This document shows positions 10,008-18,416 of a DNA stretch of 64,000 nucleotides, in pieces. Under the pieces are notes generated by a model, which was not told where the DNA came from, did not search any database, and was given only the letters and a program-made list of their open reading frames with translations. The stretch comes from an uncultured Chloroflexia bacterium (GTDB taxonomy: Bacteria > Chloroflexota > Dehalococcoidia > UBA2979), in the NCBI GenBank assembly GCA_963728205.1, contig CAVSIV010000001.1, positions 576,001 to 640,000 of the forward strand, in the 5' to 3' direction. The stretch's first letter is position 1. Each line of letters begins with the position of its first letter. The translations under genes were made by a program, and so were the position numbers.

Positions 10008-11462
10008 ATGACGGGGGAAGGGGCGGGCGAGCGACGTGCGCTGGTGATCGGCGGCAGCATGGGCGGCCTCCTTGCCGCGCGCGCACTGTCCGATCACTTC
10101 GGCTACGTCGGCATCGTCGAACGCGATGCGTTTCCGCAAATCGGGGAGAATCGCCGCGGCGTGCCGCAGGGGCATCACACGCACGGCCTGCTCTCGCGGG
10201 GCGCGGCAATCCTCGAGCAGATGCTGCCGGGACTGAGCGACGAGGTCGTCGCGGACGGCGGCCTGCGCGGCGACCCGGGCCTGCGTGGGCGATGGGTGGT
10301 CGACGGGCGCCCCATACGCCGGGTCGTGACCGGTCGCGAAGGGCTGCTCGTCAGCCGCCCGCGGCTCGAGGGGCACGTGCGGCGCCGTGTGCTCGAGCTG
10401 CCGTCGGTCGAGGCGCTGACGGGTTGCGCCGCGCGAGGGCTCGCGATGTCGGACGACGGTCGGCGCGTGGTCGGGCTGCGCGTGCAGCGCGAGGGCGCGG
10501 TGGAGGAAGTCGTGCCCGCCGACCTGGTCGTCGACGCGACCGGACGGGGGTCGCAGAGCCCGCGCTGGCTGGAGGCAGTCGGCTTCCCGCCTCCCGGCGA
10601 GGAGCGGGTCGAGGTCGACATCCGGTACATGACGCGCCTCTACCGTCGTCGTCCCGAACACCTCGTCGGCGATCGCTTCGTCCTGCTCGCCGCGACGCCG
10701 CCGAGCGGCCGCGCGGGATTCGTGACCGCGATCGAGGGGATGCGGTGGATGGTCACGCTGCAGACCTACCTCGGCGAGCGGCTGCCCAGCGACGACGCGG
10801 GGTTCCGCGCGTTCGCGGCCTCGCTGCCGGCGCCGGACATCGCTGCAGTCCTAGACGACGCGGAGCCGTGCAGCGACGCGGTGGCATACCACTACCCGGC
10901 GAGTCAGCGCCGGCGCTACGACCGGCTGCGCCGGTTTCCGGAGGGCTATCTCGTGTTCGGTGACGCGGTCTGCAGCTTCAATCCTGTGTACGGGCAGGGG
11001 ATGAGCATGGCCGCCATCGAAGCCGCAGCGCTCGACGACTGTCTCCGCCGTGGTGCGCGCGACACCCTGGCCCACCGCTTCTTCCAGGCGATTGCGCGGC
11101 CGATTGAGTCCGCGTGGCGGGCGTCGGCCGAGAGCGATCTGCGGTTTCCCGCCGTGACTGGCCGCCGGCCGCTGCGCGTCCGCCTCGCAAATCGCTACGC
11201 AGATCGTCTGGCACGCGTCGCAGAGCGTGACCACGCAGTGGCGGCCGCGGTGCTCGCGCTCATCAACCTCGAAGCCGGCCCCGAGGCGGTGATGCGCCCG
11301 ACGATTCTGTGGCGCGCGCTCTTCGGCGCCTCGCGGGGTGCCCCCGCCGTGGACGAGACGCGAGAAGGCGCGTGGATGGCGGTGCGCGACGTGCTCGGCG
11401 ATGTGGAGCGTCAGTCGTCCGAAGCTGAGCCGGGGGCTGACACCCGCGCGGCGGCCGGGTAG
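10008..11462 (+). CDS. FAD-dependent oxidoreductase/monooxygenase
   Basis: RBS GAGGAGG; VIGGSMGG Rossmann motif, RRGVPQG.H.H, DLVVDATGRGS, GDAVCSFNPVYGQGM. Confidence 0.9.
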   Translation: MTGEGAGERRALVIGGSMGGLLAARALSDHFGYVGIVERDAFPQIGENRRGVPQGHHTHGLLSRGAAILEQMLPGLSDEVVADGGLRGDPGLRGRWVVDGRPIRRVVTGREGLLVSRPRLEGHVRRRVLELPSVEALTGCAARGLAMSDDGRRVVGLRVQREGAVEEVVPADLVVDATGRGSQSPRWLEAVGFPPPGEERVEVDIRYMTRLYRRRPEHLVGDRFVLLAATPPSGRAGFVTAIEGMRWMVTLQTYLGERLPSDDAGFRAFAASLPAPDIAAVLDDAEPCSDAVAYHYPASQRRRYDRLRRFPEGYLVFGDAVCSFNPVYGQGMSMAAIEAAALDDCLRRGARDTLAHRFFQAIARPIESAWRASAESDLRFPAVTGRRPLRVRLANRYADRLARVAERDHAVAAAVLALINLEAGPEAVMRPTILWRALFGASRGAPAVDETREGAWMAVRDVLGDVERQSSEAEPGADTRAAAG

Positions 11463-11757
11463 CGCGGCGCGCAACCCGCTGGGCTCCCTCGGTCGTGTTC
11501 CGGAAGCTCTCGTGCATCACGCTTTCCCGTGCACGAGCAGTCAGTGGCGCGCAGGATGGCGGGGCCGTCGCGTCGCGGCCGCGTAGCTCGCAAGCCGACT
11601 GAGGGGTGTCCGGCGTCGCGAGCTTCATCGCGTTCGGTGCGGGCTTCGCCTTGGCTGCGGCCCGTGGCTTGGCGCCCGCCTTCCCCGTGCGCTTGGTCGG
11701 CGCTGTCGGCGCCTCGCCGGGCGGGTCCGCGGCTTACGAGCGCGAGGACTGCTCTGG

Positions 11758-12129
11758 TCAGGGCGCGGCGTGCTGCCAGACGCCGAGCACGTTCCCTGCG
11801 GGGTCGCGGAAGTGCGCGATCCACAGGTCGCCCTCGGCGCGAGGCTCCTCGAGTTGCTCACCGCCTTCGTCGACGATCGCTCTCAGAGCCGCATCAATGC
11901 GATCGACGTAGATGAAAGCCGTCACGCCGCCTCGATCGGCTGCGGGTCGGTCGCTCACCCATCCGCCAATCAGGTCCCCGGACGCGTCATCGAAGCTCCA
12001 GCGATCACCCTCTCCTCGGATGCTCCAGCCGAAGACTCGCTGGTAGAACGCGGCCGACCGCGCAACGTCAGTCGCGGGGATCTCGAGATAGGAGACCTTG
12101 CCGTGGCGCTGAAGGGGATTGTCGTTCAT
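11758..12129 (-). CDS. VOC/glyoxalase family protein
   Basis: YLEIPATD..RSAAFY..VFGW and FRDPAGNVLGVW. Confidence 0.88.
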   Translation of the reverse strand: MNDNPLQRHGKVSYLEIPATDVARSAAFYQRVFGWSIRGEGDRWSFDDASGDLIGGWVSDRPAADRGGVTAFIYVDRIDAALRAIVDEGGEQLEEPRAEGDLWIAHFRDPAGNVLGVWQHAAP

Positions 12130-12453
12130 GGCGCGGGTCGATCTTGATTCGGTCATCGGGGCAGGCCATCCGGTCATGCGGGAGCCAGCGGATGCTAGCA
12201 CCACGCCGACACGATGCCGTCATCGTGTGCCAGCGCTCGCGTGCCAGCGTTCGCGTGCCGGCGTGACGATCGCGCCCGTGATCCGATGCGGGTGTGCCCC
12301 GCGCCGCGAGTGTTCAGCTCCGCGTCCGCGGCTCCCCGCGGCGTAAGGCACCTGCGACACCGCGATACCTGGGAGAGCAGTGCGCAGAGGCGCAAGAAGG
12401 TCTGAGCCTGCCGCACCGTCCGAGTCCGCTCGGCGGTTGGTTCGGCCGGATCA

Positions 12454-12900
12454 TCACGTCCCCCGGTTCGTGGGAAAGCGGGGTGGATGGGGCTCACTTG
12501 CCTTTTCGCCAGCGGGCGTTCCATGTCTAGCGACTTGCCCCAGCCCCTTCCCGAGAAGGGCGGTGACCCAGGCGACTGGGACGATGAACAACAGTGATTC
12601 GACGAGGACCACGGCGAGCGGTTGCCTCGACGGAAAGAACCGGGTTTCCGCCACGATCTGCGGGAGCAGCGAAGCGACCCAGGTTTCGAGGGCGAGCAGC
12701 CAACAGTGTCGGGGCTGACGCACAGCTGCGATCCCGGCGACGACAAGCGGCGGCACTACAAGACCCAGGAGGGCGAGCGTAGTCCGCGAACCAAAGGTGC
12801 CGAAGGCCACCGGGATCTGTGCGAGTGCCAAGATCACCAAGAAAGGGACTTCCGCGAGCATGTGTGATATCGGGGAGGGCAGCCGCTCGCGGGATCGCAT
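12454..12900 (-). CDS. Hypothetical membrane protein
   Basis: Several hydrophobic segments; atypical, lower-GC codon usage; no recognised motif. Confidence 0.35.
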   Translation of the reverse strand: MRSRERLPSPISHMLAEVPFLVILALAQIPVAFGTFGSRTTLALLGLVVPPLVVAGIAAVRQPRHCWLLALETWVASLLPQIVAETRFFPSRQPLAVVLVESLLFIVPVAWVTALLGKGLGQVARHGTPAGEKASEPHPPRFPTNRGT

Positions 12901-13095
12901 GTGCTCCTCCGGCCCCGCGCGTGCAGGGTCGTCCTGTTTCTGTCAGGCTCACGGGCCCTTCGGTCAGGCCGGAATGATGCTCTCGCTACACCATGCCATC
13001 GCCGGCACCTTGCTCAGGCGGGCGTCACCATGAAGGAACCAAGCAGCCGTCGCGATGGGAGGCCGCAACCCACGGGACCGATTCCGACGCCGTCG

Positions 13096-13815
13096 TTAAC
13101 CAACCGGCGCTGCCCGCCCGATTCTTCTCCGCAGCAGCACGATCGCCAGCGCCGCCATCCACAGCAGCCACGCACCGTAGGAGACGCGCTCGACAGCACC
13201 CATCCACGGAGTCGCCTCCCCGGCCGCCACGGCGGACGTCGTTGTCGCCACGTACGCTCCGGCTGCGAGGGTGGTGATGGCCATCGCGATCGAGAAGTAT
13301 CGGAAGCGCACGCCGAGAGCAGTGGCGCTCGCGCCGATCTCGGTAATGATGAAGAGGACCGCCACCATACCGAGCACCATGTGCCCTACATCGTTGGCAC
13401 CACCGGCGCCCTCCGCTAGTTCCTCGCGCGACGTCATCGGGAACAGAAGCCACAGGGGGAACATGATCGCCTGCGCGACGAGAATGCCGCCCGCCAGGCG
13501 CAGCGCGCGGCGCGCGCCTGCGACCCGCCACACGCCGATCCCGAAGCCGAGCACGAGCAACGTGAAGACGGGCATCATCGCGGTCAGGAACGCCCTCGAC
13601 GGAGCACCGGTCCCCGACAGTTCGCTGATTGCCTGATCGGCGCGGCTGTAGCCGTCGTACACGGAGGCCGCGATTACGTCGTTGGCAATGATGTAGCCGA
13701 CGCCGTATCCGATCCCGCAAGCGAGCAGAACGGTGTTGATCACGCCTGTCGTGCTTCGCGGTGAAGGCTTGCCGCCTGGCGCGCGCAGCGCTGGCCGCCG
13801 CACTGACATTGACAT
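13096..13815 (-). CDS. DUF998-like membrane protein
   Basis: LLACGI...GYSRADQAISEL...H...GAVERVS pattern with multiple TM segments. Confidence 0.75.
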   Translation of the reverse strand: MSMSVRRPALRAPGGKPSPRSTTGVINTVLLACGIGYGVGYIIANDVIAASVYDGYSRADQAISELSGTGAPSRAFLTAMMPVFTLLVLGFGIGVWRVAGARRALRLAGGILVAQAIMFPLWLLFPMTSREELAEGAGGANDVGHMVLGMVAVLFIITEIGASATALGVRFRYFSIAMAITTLAAGAYVATTTSAVAAGEATPWMGAVERVSYGAWLLWMAALAIVLLRRRIGRAAPVG

Positions 13816-13955
13816 GATCGCGCACTCCGAGTGCACACTCGTTCCGATTGGAGCCCGCAGCTTCGCTCGGGCAAGCGAGCGTCCGTCAGAGTCGTTCGTC
13901 CTCCGATTTCGAGGACACGCGGTGCCGGTCGGGCCGTTGCGCGTCCGGACAGCAG

Positions 13956-14118
13956 CACTTTCATCCGATAGCCGCCCGAAGGGCTCTGGTAGATCAGCAC
14001 GTTCGGGCCAAACCAGGTCCACAACCCGCTCCGGGACTCCGTCTGTTCCCAGACCTGCCCGTTACACAGCGAGTGGATGTTCCAGGCGTTCAGGCCGGTG
14101 AACTGTCCGCTGATGCAT
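13956..14118 (-). pseudogene. Fragment of a small NGQ(V/I)W-motif domain
   Basis: ISGQFTG...LCNGQVWEQT...PNVLIYQS..GGYRMKV within ORF 13740-14186; the flanking parts of that ORF look non-coding. Confidence 0.4.
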
Positions 14119-14133
14119 TTCGGCCCCGCTCCC

Positions 14134-14742
14134 TCATGGAGTCGCGGTGATCGCCAAGGGCAACGCGATGGCCCGTGCGGGATCATCCCCGACCAGCAAG
14201 GTTGCTTGGGCGGCGTTCGCCGCTAGCGCGAAGTCCACTTCGCCCGTCTTCGTAGTTCCACCGTCCACGAGCTCATCGAGGAGGTTCGTTGGCGCACTCG
14301 TGTCAGTGCCGTCGCGCAATCGGAAGGTCGCGCTCCAGAAGTTCGCCGGGTAGCGGTTCTCGTTGGTCATGCGCACCGTCAAGGTGAGCCGCAGCTCGCC
14401 CGGATTTCCCGGACGGGCAACCGCCGACAGGATCGCGTAATGGGCATCGCCGACGATGGCGGTGCCGCCGCTCGGCAGGCTCACCTGATAGGCGGTGGCG
14501 CCGGCGGTCGTCGCGGTCCCCACTGCCGCGCCGGCGCCACCGGGTCCATCACTGCGACCCGGCGCCGTGGTCGCAACGAGCGCGCGTGGCGTGGGGGCCA
14601 CACTCGCCGTCGGCCGCAACTGCTGCATGGCGACAACGAATCCGGTGATCGCGGTGAGCAAGGCTGCGATCGCCGTCAGGATCCCCGGCAGCGTCTGCCA
14701 CCAGCTCCGGTCACCGCGGCCGCCGCTTCCGCTCTCCGTCAT
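14134..14742 (-). CDS. Membrane-anchored protein with Ig-like (DUF4352-like) C-terminal domain
   Basis: WWQTLPGILTAIAALLTAITG anchor, low-complexity linker, beta-rich LTLTVRMTN...FRL...GEVDF domain. Confidence 0.65.
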   Translation of the reverse strand: MTESGSGGRGDRSWWQTLPGILTAIAALLTAITGFVVAMQQLRPTASVAPTPRALVATTAPGRSDGPGGAGAAVGTATTAGATAYQVSLPSGGTAIVGDAHYAILSAVARPGNPGELRLTLTVRMTNENRYPANFWSATFRLRDGTDTSAPTNLLDELVDGGTTKTGEVDFALAANAAQATLLVGDDPARAIALPLAITATP

Positions 14743-14849
14743 CGCTCGACACTCCCCGGCTCCGGCCGACGCACCGGCTCGGCCCGCGCCCGATGCGACC
14801 GGACGGGAGTCTACGTCATGCCGATGAGGGACAAGGGGGCACGGCGTGC

Positions 14850-15239
14850 AAGCGGCTGGCTCGCGCCCACGCCGACGGCGCATTTGCTGATGTCGAGGAC
14901 GAGCAGCGCCTCTCCGAGATCGATGCCCAGCTCACGGTCCTGCGTCCCATCGAGCTGGACGCGGTACAGGCTGTCGCAGATCGTCTGAAGGACTTGCCGC
15001 GGCTCTGGCGGCTTGCCACCAATGCCGAGCGGCGGCACCTCGTACAACCGCTGCTCCGGCAGGTCTTGGTGGACCTGCACACCAGGCAAGTCACGGGTCT
15101 GGTGCCTCTGCCGGCGTTCCGCCTGCTTCTGGAAAAGGCGGTTGTCCGGCCGAGTCGGACCGCGGTGGAGGTTTTGGTGGACCCGAGGGGGCTCGAACCC
15201 CTGACCTCCACACTGCCAGTGTGGCGCTCTCCCAGCTGA
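14850..15239 (+). pseudogene. C-terminal remnant of large serine recombinase
   Basis: KRLARAHADGAF...RLSEIDAQL...LWRLATNAERRHLVQPLLRQVLVDL resembles the coiled-coil/C-terminus of serine integrases. No catalytic domain; the frame ends inside the tRNA. Confidence 0.65.
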
Positions 15240-15250
15240 GCTACGGGCCC
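15175..15250 (-). tRNA. tRNA-Ala(GGC)
   Basis: GGGCCCGTAGCTCAGCTGGGAGAGCGCCACACTGGCAGTGTGGAGGTCAGGGGTTCGAGCCCCCTCGGGTCCACCA: 76-nt cloverleaf, GGC anticodon, G3-U70 pair, encoded CCA. Confidence 0.97.
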
Positions 15251-15436
15251 GCGGGAAGAACAGGTTAGCGGAGCGCCCCGGGTACGCGCGAGCCGTCACG
15301 CGCTCCCTCCCCGTCCGGATCGGCTGAGGCGACCAGAGCGGCGCGCGTGGCTCCGCTCCGGCCCCGTCCCGCTAGGATGCGCACGCGTGGCTGCTCTCCG
15401 AGCAGCCGGCACCGGCGGGCGGAGGAAGGGCCGGAG

Positions 15437-16936
15437 ATGCCCGGAGCGATGCTCGACTTCCCCGATGCCGACGACTACGCGCGCGTGCGCGACGTGTTTC
15501 GTGCCGCGGGATACACCGACGAGGCCGTCGCGACGACCCTCCGCGACGAGGAGCTCCCGGCGGGGATGCAGAAGCGCCTGCCGGTCCTGCTCGCTCGCAC
15601 GCGCGCCGGCACCCCCCTGCACACGCTGATTCGGCTCTTCGTCCTGGGCGCGGGCGCCAATCCCGAAGCCGTCGCGGCGGCGCTGGCCCCGATGACCCCG
15701 GCGCAGTGGGTCGAGCGCGGGTTGCTCGAAGCGCACGACGGCGAGCTTCGCGCCACCCTCCAGGTCCGCTGCTACCAGGACCTGCTCGTCGCGTGGGACT
15801 TCTCGCTCGAGACGCGAGGCGTGCTGCACCCGGATTATGTGATGGGGATCAGCGCCAGCACCCTCAGCCTCGCCGGGCTGACGGTGCGGCGCCCGGTCGA
15901 CTCGACGCTCGACCTCGGCACGGGCTCGGGCTTCCAGGCCTTCATGGCCGCACGGCACAGCCGGCGCGTCGTCGCGGTCGACAAGAACCCGCGCGCGGTG
16001 CAGGTCGCGCGCTTCAACGCACGCCTCAACGCGCTCGACCACGTCGAGTGCCGCGAAGGCGATCTCTTCGCGCCGGTCGTCGGGGAGCGCTTCGACCTGA
16101 TCGTGTCGAATCCGCCGTTCATCGTCTCGCCGGACAACGCGTACTTCTTCCTGCACGGCGGCATGAAGGGCGACGAGGTCTGCCAGCGGATCGCCCGCGA
16201 GGCCCCGGCGCTGCTGAACGCCGGCGGCTCCTGCCAGTTCCTCGCGAACTGGGCCGTCCTGCGCGGCGTGGACTGGGAGGAGCGGCTGCGGTCGTGGTTC
16301 GCGGACTCGGGCTGCGACGTCTGGGTGCTGCGACGCGGTGAGCAGACCGTGGACCGGTACGCGGCGACCTGGATCGAGACCGGCGAGCAGCGCGTCGCGT
16401 CCGATCGGTACGCGGGCGCCTTCCGCGAGTGGATGGAGTACTACGAGCGCGAGGGGATCGAAGCCGTCGGCGCCGGTGTGATCACGATGCGCCGCTCGTC
16501 CACTCGCGCCCCGTGGTTCCGGGTGACCGAGGGGCCGTCGGCGATGAGCTTCCCGTCGGGCGGGGACGTGGCGCAGCTGATGGACGCGCTCGGCGCGCTG
16601 GCGACGACCGACGACGACGCGCTGCTCGAGTGGCGGCCGGCGGTCTCGGACGCCGTGCGGCTCCGACGCGAGTATCGGATCGCGCCCGGCGGTGGATGGG
16701 AGCTCGAGGCGGGTCAGCTGCGGCGCATCCGTGGCTTGCAGTACGAGGGTGCGATCGACGCCTACGGCGCGGAGCTCGTCGGTCGGCTCGACGGGCGCCG
16801 CACGCTCCGGTCCGTGATCGACGAACTGGCGGCCGAGACCGGCGTCGAGACCTCGGCCGTCCGCGACGCGGCCATTCCAATCGTGCGGCACCTGGTCGAG
16901 CAGGGGTTCCTGCTCCCGGGCGCGCCCGGCCCCTAG
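15437..16936 (+). CDS. Class I SAM-dependent N-methyltransferase with C-terminal PqqD-like winged helix
   Basis: LDLGTGSG motif I, VAVDKNPRA, IVSNPPF motif IV; C-terminal LDGRRTLRSVIDELA...LVEQGFL. Confidence 0.88.
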   Translation: MPGAMLDFPDADDYARVRDVFRAAGYTDEAVATTLRDEELPAGMQKRLPVLLARTRAGTPLHTLIRLFVLGAGANPEAVAAALAPMTPAQWVERGLLEAHDGELRATLQVRCYQDLLVAWDFSLETRGVLHPDYVMGISASTLSLAGLTVRRPVDSTLDLGTGSGFQAFMAARHSRRVVAVDKNPRAVQVARFNARLNALDHVECREGDLFAPVVGERFDLIVSNPPFIVSPDNAYFFLHGGMKGDEVCQRIAREAPALLNAGGSCQFLANWAVLRGVDWEERLRSWFADSGCDVWVLRRGEQTVDRYAATWIETGEQRVASDRYAGAFREWMEYYEREGIEAVGAGVITMRRSSTRAPWFRVTEGPSAMSFPSGGDVAQLMDALGALATTDDDALLEWRPAVSDAVRLRREYRIAPGGGWELEAGQLRRIRGLQYEGAIDAYGAELVGRLDGRRTLRSVIDELAAETGVETSAVRDAAIPIVRHLVEQGFLLPGAPGP

Positions 16937-17409
16937 CGCTTGGTGTTCCCCCGCAGATCCCACCCGGCGGAGACGGGAGCGCCGTTGCCGCCCCTGGCGT
17001 CCTGCGGCCTGTACTCGTACTCGATCTTCGCAAAGTTCAGCGACACCGATTCCTCGGGGACGGATTCGGTCGCGCCGGCCTCGTTGTAGCTGGAGACGAC
17101 GACATCGGACAGGGTGATCTGCAGGTACTCCACCGGGATCTCGCCGGACCGGCGCACCGTGAGGACGGCATCCTTCAGGTGGCTGCCGCTCGCGCATGCC
17201 TCCATCAGGCGTGGGGACGCGACGCTCACCCGCGACGTGAAGGTGAAGTCCTGGAACGAGGGCCGTCCTGCGGCCGCTGCGCCGGCGCTGCGCGAGATTG
17301 CCTGCGAGAGCCCCCAGCTGAACGACTCGACCTCGATCTCGTCCTTGTGCTTGTCGTCCTGGCTCTCGCCCGAGATGCCGTCGAGCTTGAGGAACATGTC
17401 CGCGGCCAT
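16933..17409 (-). CDS. hcp: Type VI secretion tube protein Hcp (orphan)
   Basis: DMFLKLDGISGESQDDKHKDEIEVESFSWG...ASPRL..ACASG.H...EYLQITLSDVVVSSY...ESVSLNFAKIEYEY..Q...GWDL: full-length Hcp1 signature. Confidence 0.95.
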   Translation of the reverse strand: MAADMFLKLDGISGESQDDKHKDEIEVESFSWGLSQAISRSAGAAAAGRPSFQDFTFTSRVSVASPRLMEACASGSHLKDAVLTVRRSGEIPVEYLQITLSDVVVSSYNEAGATESVPEESVSLNFAKIEYEYRPQDARGGNGAPVSAGWDLRGNTKR

Positions 17410-17411
17410 GG

Positions 17412-17948
17412 CTACAGTGCCTCCGTCTGCAGTGAGAGGGTGATGGTGGCGGTGCCGTCGCCGCCGAGCTCGCTATGGCCCTGGCGAATCAGGTACGAGC
17501 CGCGCGCTCCGACGTAGCGCCCCGTGCCGCCGACGATGGCGAACTCGTCCTCGCTGTCGAGGCCGTCCCCCGTCCGCCCGAGCCCCATGATTGCGCCGTC
17601 CGGGAGGGTGATGACGTGGTGCTCGAGGCTGGCGAGCGCCCCGAAGCGCTGGCCGGCGTTCATGCTGATGTACGTGCCCGCGAACTCGCCAATCGGCGCC
17701 TCGGCATCCGGGCGCGGGAAGAGCGCACCGGACACGAGCATCCGCTGACCGACCTCGGGCAGCTGCCCGGCCGCCAGCTCGCGGGATTGCACGTGCCAGT
17801 CGCGCCCGTGCAGGACCATCGCGTTCCCTGCCGGCGTCCCCGCGGGTGTCGACGGCGCTCGGTCGAACGCCCCCATCGTGCCGACGCCGACGAGGCCGCC
17901 CGCGAACAGCAGACCGCGCTTGAGTAACGACCGTCTCGATTCCGACAT
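17412..17948 (-). CDS. Tat-signal protein with dirigent/allene oxide cyclase-like beta-barrel
   Basis: SRRSLLK twin-arginine signal; ITLPDGAIMG...FAIVGGTGRYVGARG motif; stop lies 2 nt before the hcp start. Confidence 0.75.
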   Translation of the reverse strand: MSESRRSLLKRGLLFAGGLVGVGTMGAFDRAPSTPAGTPAGNAMVLHGRDWHVQSRELAAGQLPEVGQRMLVSGALFPRPDAEAPIGEFAGTYISMNAGQRFGALASLEHHVITLPDGAIMGLGRTGDGLDSEDEFAIVGGTGRYVGARGSYLIRQGHSELGGDGTATITLSLQTEAL

Positions 17949-18034
17949 CTTCTGCCTCGGCTCTCGCGCAAGTACGACCATGGTTCTAGCAGCGTGCGTC
18001 CTGTCGCGGGGCGCCGCAGAATCTCAAGAATTCG

Positions 18035-18364
18035 TCAGAAAACGCGGCGGCGCGCCCGGCGCTCCGCCGGCCGCATCAGCCGCGCGTGCGCGCGGCGGTA
18101 CGCGGCCGACTCCCGGCGCGGGTCGTCCGCGAGGTCGGGCAGCTCGACCAGCGTCATCGCGTCGCGCCAGAAATGGGCGCGCGAGAGGGTGAGCGCGAAG
18201 CAGCCGTCCGCGACGGGTGGAGCGGCTACGACGGCCCCGTCCAGGGCGTCCGCCACACGCGCGGCTACGGCGCCGGCGGCGAGGTGTACCCGTACATCTG
18301 GCTGAACGCCCAGCGAGCGAAGCCGACCGCACCGCGCAGGCGGAGCACGGGCCAGGCGGTGCAT
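18035..18364 (-). CDS. Hypothetical protein
   Basis: ATG preceded by AGGGGG; fills the gap between co-oriented genes; no motif. Confidence 0.3.
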   Translation of the reverse strand: MHRLARAPPARCGRLRSLGVQPDVRVHLAAGAVAARVADALDGAVVAAPPVADGCFALTLSRAHFWRDAMTLVELPDLADDPRRESAAYRRAHARLMRPAERRARRRVF

Positions 18365-18416
18365 GGCCCCCTGGCCCGTGCGTGCTTCTCGTGGCCGGCG
18401 GCGCGGCGGCTGCGGC

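Larger units (their letters stand above)
1..15174. mobile_element. Right part of a degenerate genomic island at the tRNA-Ala 3' end
   Basis: Recombinase remnant abutting the tRNA 3' end, many gene fragments, patchy codon usage. Left boundary not seen in the window. Confidence 0.6.

Noticed and set aside
11620-11725. Lys/Ala/Pro-rich minus-strand stretch (TKRTGKAGAKPRAAAKAKPAP), histone-like tail
   Set aside because: No start or RBS and low complexity; at most a remnant that cannot be assigned.
16933-17409. Calling a type VI secretion system
   Set aside because: Only hcp is present; no sheath, spike, baseplate or membrane-complex genes in the window.
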